Positions 61,851 through 64,000 of a stretch of DNA of 64,000 nucleotides are shown piece after piece. The notes under the pieces were generated by a model. The model did not search any database and was not told the origin of the DNA. It saw nothing but the letters and a program-made list of their open reading frames with translations. The stretch comes from an uncultured delta proteobacterium (GTDB lineage: Bacteria > Desulfobacterota > Binatia > Bin18). The position numbers and the translations under genes are program-made. Where the stretch lies: positions 1 to 64,000 of the forward strand of contig CAVTCR010000076.1 in assembly GCA_963733195.1 (NCBI GenBank), in the 5' to 3' direction. Positions within the stretch are counted from its first letter, which is position 1, and each line of letters opens with the position of its first letter.

Positions 61851-62615
61851 ATGAGTGTCACCTTTCTCACTGGAGCCTCTTCTGGTATTGGACGGAGCCT
61901 GGCGCTACGTCTGGCATTGCAGGGGGAAACCATCGCGGCGGTCGCGCGACGGAAACTCCTCCTCGATACGTTGGTTGAGGAAATTGCACAGGCAGGGGGG
62001 CGAGCCTTGGCCGTTCCGTGTGACGTGACTGATCACGCTCGCGTCTTCGCCGCGGTGGAGGAGACACAAACAGTGCTCGGGCCTATTGACCGACTGATTG
62101 CCAATGCCGGAGGCGGAGAGCCGACGTTCGTGGAGACATTTGACGCCGCCCATATTCAGCGCGTCCTCGCCCTGAATGTCGAAGGAACCGCGAATTGTAT
62201 CGAGGCGGTCTTACCAGCCATGTTGCAGCGAGGTGCAGGGCATATCGTGGCGGTCAGCAGTCTCGCTGCCTATCGCGGTTTGCCGAACGCGGCGGCCTAC
62301 TCAGCCGCCAAGGCGGCGTTGTCAAACATGATGGAGAGTTTGCGCATCGACCTGAAGCCACACGGAATCGCGGTCACGCTCATCTGTCCCGGTTTTGTTC
62401 GCACTCGTTCGTCAACAAAGCAAAAGCGGAAACCGTTCCAACTCGAGGTTGAGGAAGCAACGCGCCGTATGGCGCACGCGATTGCAGCGCGGAAACCCTA
62501 CTACGCCTTTCCTTTTCCCCTTGCTCTTGTTGCCACGCTGGGACGTATAATGCCTGCTCCTCTCTATGATTGGATGTTAACTGGCCGAGGCCGTCGGCCC
62601 AAGCCGGAAAAATAA
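61851..62615 (+). CDS. SDR-family oxidoreductase
   Basis: TGASSGIG, NAG, YSAAK, PGFV. Confidence 0.92.
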   Translation: MSVTFLTGASSGIGRSLALRLALQGETIAAVARRKLLLDTLVEEIAQAGGRALAVPCDVTDHARVFAAVEETQTVLGPIDRLIANAGGGEPTFVETFDAAHIQRVLALNVEGTANCIEAVLPAMLQRGAGHIVAVSSLAAYRGLPNAAAYSAAKAALSNMMESLRIDLKPHGIAVTLICPGFVRTRSSTKQKRKPFQLEVEEATRRMAHAIAARKPYYAFPFPLALVATLGRIMPAPLYDWMLTGRGRRPKPEK

Positions 62616-62640
62616 TGTTTCCAGAAAGGAAGATCTCACC

Positions 62641-63402
62641 ATGAACTGGGCAGAGACGGAAGCGGTGTTGCGGAAGCGTCGTAAGAAATACGTGAGACGC
62701 TATGGGAAACGGACCCTACGGGCGCTGGATCGTTATTTTGCGCGGCAATCGCTGGTTCCCACGACGCCGGTGTTGGACTCCCAACTCGTTCCCTGGACGG
62801 CAGAGTTCGAAACGCAATGGCAGGCGGTGCGGGCAGAGCTTGACACGATTTTACAACACCGCGAGGCGTTGCCGCGGTTCCAGGACATTGCTTCGGATCA
62901 ATACCGTATTTCGTCGGATGATAAATGGCGCGCGTTCGTGTTTTATGGTTTTGGTCATCGCTCCGAGCATAACTCTCGGCTCTGTCCGCAAACCGCGCGC
63001 TTGCTCGATCGCGTCCCAGGCATTGAGAACGCCTTTTTTTCCATCCTCGCCCCCGGCAAAGTAATTCCCTCTCACCACGGCGTAACGAAAGGGTTGGTGC
63101 GCTGTCATCTCGGGCTGATCGTTCCGCCAGAGCCGGAACGCTGCTTTATGGACGTTGGTGACGTGCGGTGTACCTGGCAGGAAGGACGCACGCTGCTGTT
63201 CGACGATACGTATCCCCACGCAGTACAGAACAACACCGAACACGAGCGAGTCGTGCTCCTCTTCGACTTCTTGCGTCCATTGACAACCCAGGGCTGTCTT
63301 GTGCGTCGCACCTTGTTCTGGTTCTTCCGTCGCAGTGCTTTCGTCAAAGACGCAGTCCGCAAAGAGATGCAGTGGGAAGAACGCTTCCAGCGTGCTGGTT
63401 GA
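62641..63402 (+). CDS. Aspartyl/asparaginyl beta-hydroxylase family (LpxO-like) 2OG oxygenase
   Basis: CP.TA.LL, FFSILAPG..IP.H.G, RCHLGL, FDDTYPH, RVVL.FD. Confidence 0.88.
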   Translation: MNWAETEAVLRKRRKKYVRRYGKRTLRALDRYFARQSLVPTTPVLDSQLVPWTAEFETQWQAVRAELDTILQHREALPRFQDIASDQYRISSDDKWRAFVFYGFGHRSEHNSRLCPQTARLLDRVPGIENAFFSILAPGKVIPSHHGVTKGLVRCHLGLIVPPEPERCFMDVGDVRCTWQEGRTLLFDDTYPHAVQNNTEHERVVLLFDFLRPLTTQGCLVRRTLFWFFRRSAFVKDAVRKEMQWEERFQRAG

Positions 63403-63563
63403 TGAGAAAAGGAGGGGTTTCTGTGAAACACCCCGTAGCACCACTGGTAGTTCTCTGGTTCTGCCTGCTCCCGTGCACAGCTTTGGGGTGGGATTTCCGT
63501 GTCGCCGACATAGAAGGGCTGGCGAATGTGACGCTGGCCTATGGCCTCTCTTGTTGGCCTTAA
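63402..63563 (+). pseudogene. 5' fragment of an exported protein (DUF1302-like), ending at a repeat
   Basis: Signal peptide then DF....IEG..NVTLAYG; stops just before the family-A repeat. Confidence 0.45.
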
Positions 63564-63566
63564 AGC

Positions 63567-63674
63567 CGCTCGTCCTGAGCATACCCTGAGCTTGTCGAAG
63601 GGGAAGTCGAAGGACGCAGGTCGGGTGCAACCGTGCTTCGACTCCGCCCTGCGGGCTACGCTCAGAGCGAACGG
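63567..63674. repeat. REP-like family A, inverted doublet
   Basis: CCGCTCGTCCTGAGC...GAAGTCGAAGGACG and CTTCGACTCCG...GCTACGCTCAGAGCGAACGG. Confidence 0.75.
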
Positions 63675-63690
63675 GAGGCAACTTCACTAG

Positions 63691-63760
63691 GTTTTGTTCC
63701 ACAGTTTCGGGGACAGCGCCCTCAATTTTGAGCTGAACGTCCGAGTGACGGAGGTAGATA
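63691..63760 (+). pseudogene. Internal fragment of an MscS mechanosensitive channel C-terminal domain
   Basis: VLFHSFGDSALNFELNVRV. Confidence 0.5.
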
Positions 63761-63919
63761 ACAGATCGCAAATTGAAGGCGAGCATGCGGACGCCAATGT
63801 GCATCACAGCTTAACGTCCGTATGACTCGTAGCGAATCCAGTTATTTCAGGATATAGTCATTTACTCCTTTCGACTGACCTGATGCATGCCGTTGAAGAC
63901 ATGAACATGAGGTGTTGAC

Positions 63920-64000
63920 ATGGAGTTAACAATTACCGTTCCGGACGAAGCCAAAGTCGCCTTAGAACAACGAGCGCGTGAGCGGGGATGCGGCGATGTC
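63920..64000 (+). CDS. Probable RHH-type antitoxin, partial at the window edge
   Basis: RBS GAGGTG; MELTITVPDEAKVALEQRARERG. Confidence 0.5.
   Translation, partial: MELTITVPDEAKVALEQRARERGCGDV

Noticed and set aside
62851-63807. 318-aa minus-strand ORF and other long antisense ORFs (39631-40344, 58937-59671, 59256-59930, 31570-32199)
   Set aside because: Shadows of well-supported opposite-strand genes or repeats, with no recognisable motifs.
1-64000. CRISPR array or cas genes
   Set aside because: No run of identical 25-45-bp repeats with unique spacers; repeats seen are coding tandem repeats, palindromes or a two-copy promoter.
1-64000. tRNA, rRNA or riboswitch
   Set aside because: No cloverleaf or known conserved RNA motif recognised; TTCGA-containing hairpins belong to the REP-like family. 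An Infernal/Rfam scan would be needed to exclude them fully.

Overview
A 64-kb bacterial chromosomal window. Gene content and style (Rieske oxygenase, LLM monooxygenase, amidohydrolase, wHTH-AAA-TPR regulator copies) suggest Candidatus Binatia or a similar deltaproteobacterial MAG; this is inference only. Many genes carry single-base frameshifts, probably partly long-read assembly errors. 1-31 kb is mostly housekeeping and metabolic: IS630, nadK, rarA, epoxide hydrolase, a PIN toxin-antitoxin pair, Rieske alpha/beta, purM, exeA/exeB-like, minCDE, a lipid A-type acyltransferase, dCMP deaminase, site-2 protease, DUF62, a Ser/Thr kinase, and an engB-GT2-hypothetical-SPL-like radical SAM-MFS run. 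The best candidate for an undescribed system is 31.1-40.9 kb. It holds two tandem modules of the form [wHTH-AAA ATPase-TPR regulator <- 136-bp shared promoter with four AACGC boxes at exact 11-bp spacing -> small RAFVVQF/GRVEH protein -> unrelated large secreted cargo protein]. One module is complete and one is internally deleted; fossil cargo fragments and three orphan 3' ends of the regulator lie elsewhere in the window. 41-48 kb encodes redox and hydrolase enzymes. 48-64 kb is a decaying patchwork of envelope genes (glycine zipper, DUF2092, MCE/PqiC ABC system, carbonic anhydrase, DUF4239), many gene fragments and a second, truncated IS630. Two REP-like palindrome families and frequent degenerate 7/8-mer arrays occur throughout. 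No rRNA, tRNA, CRISPR array, reverse transcriptase or integrase was seen.
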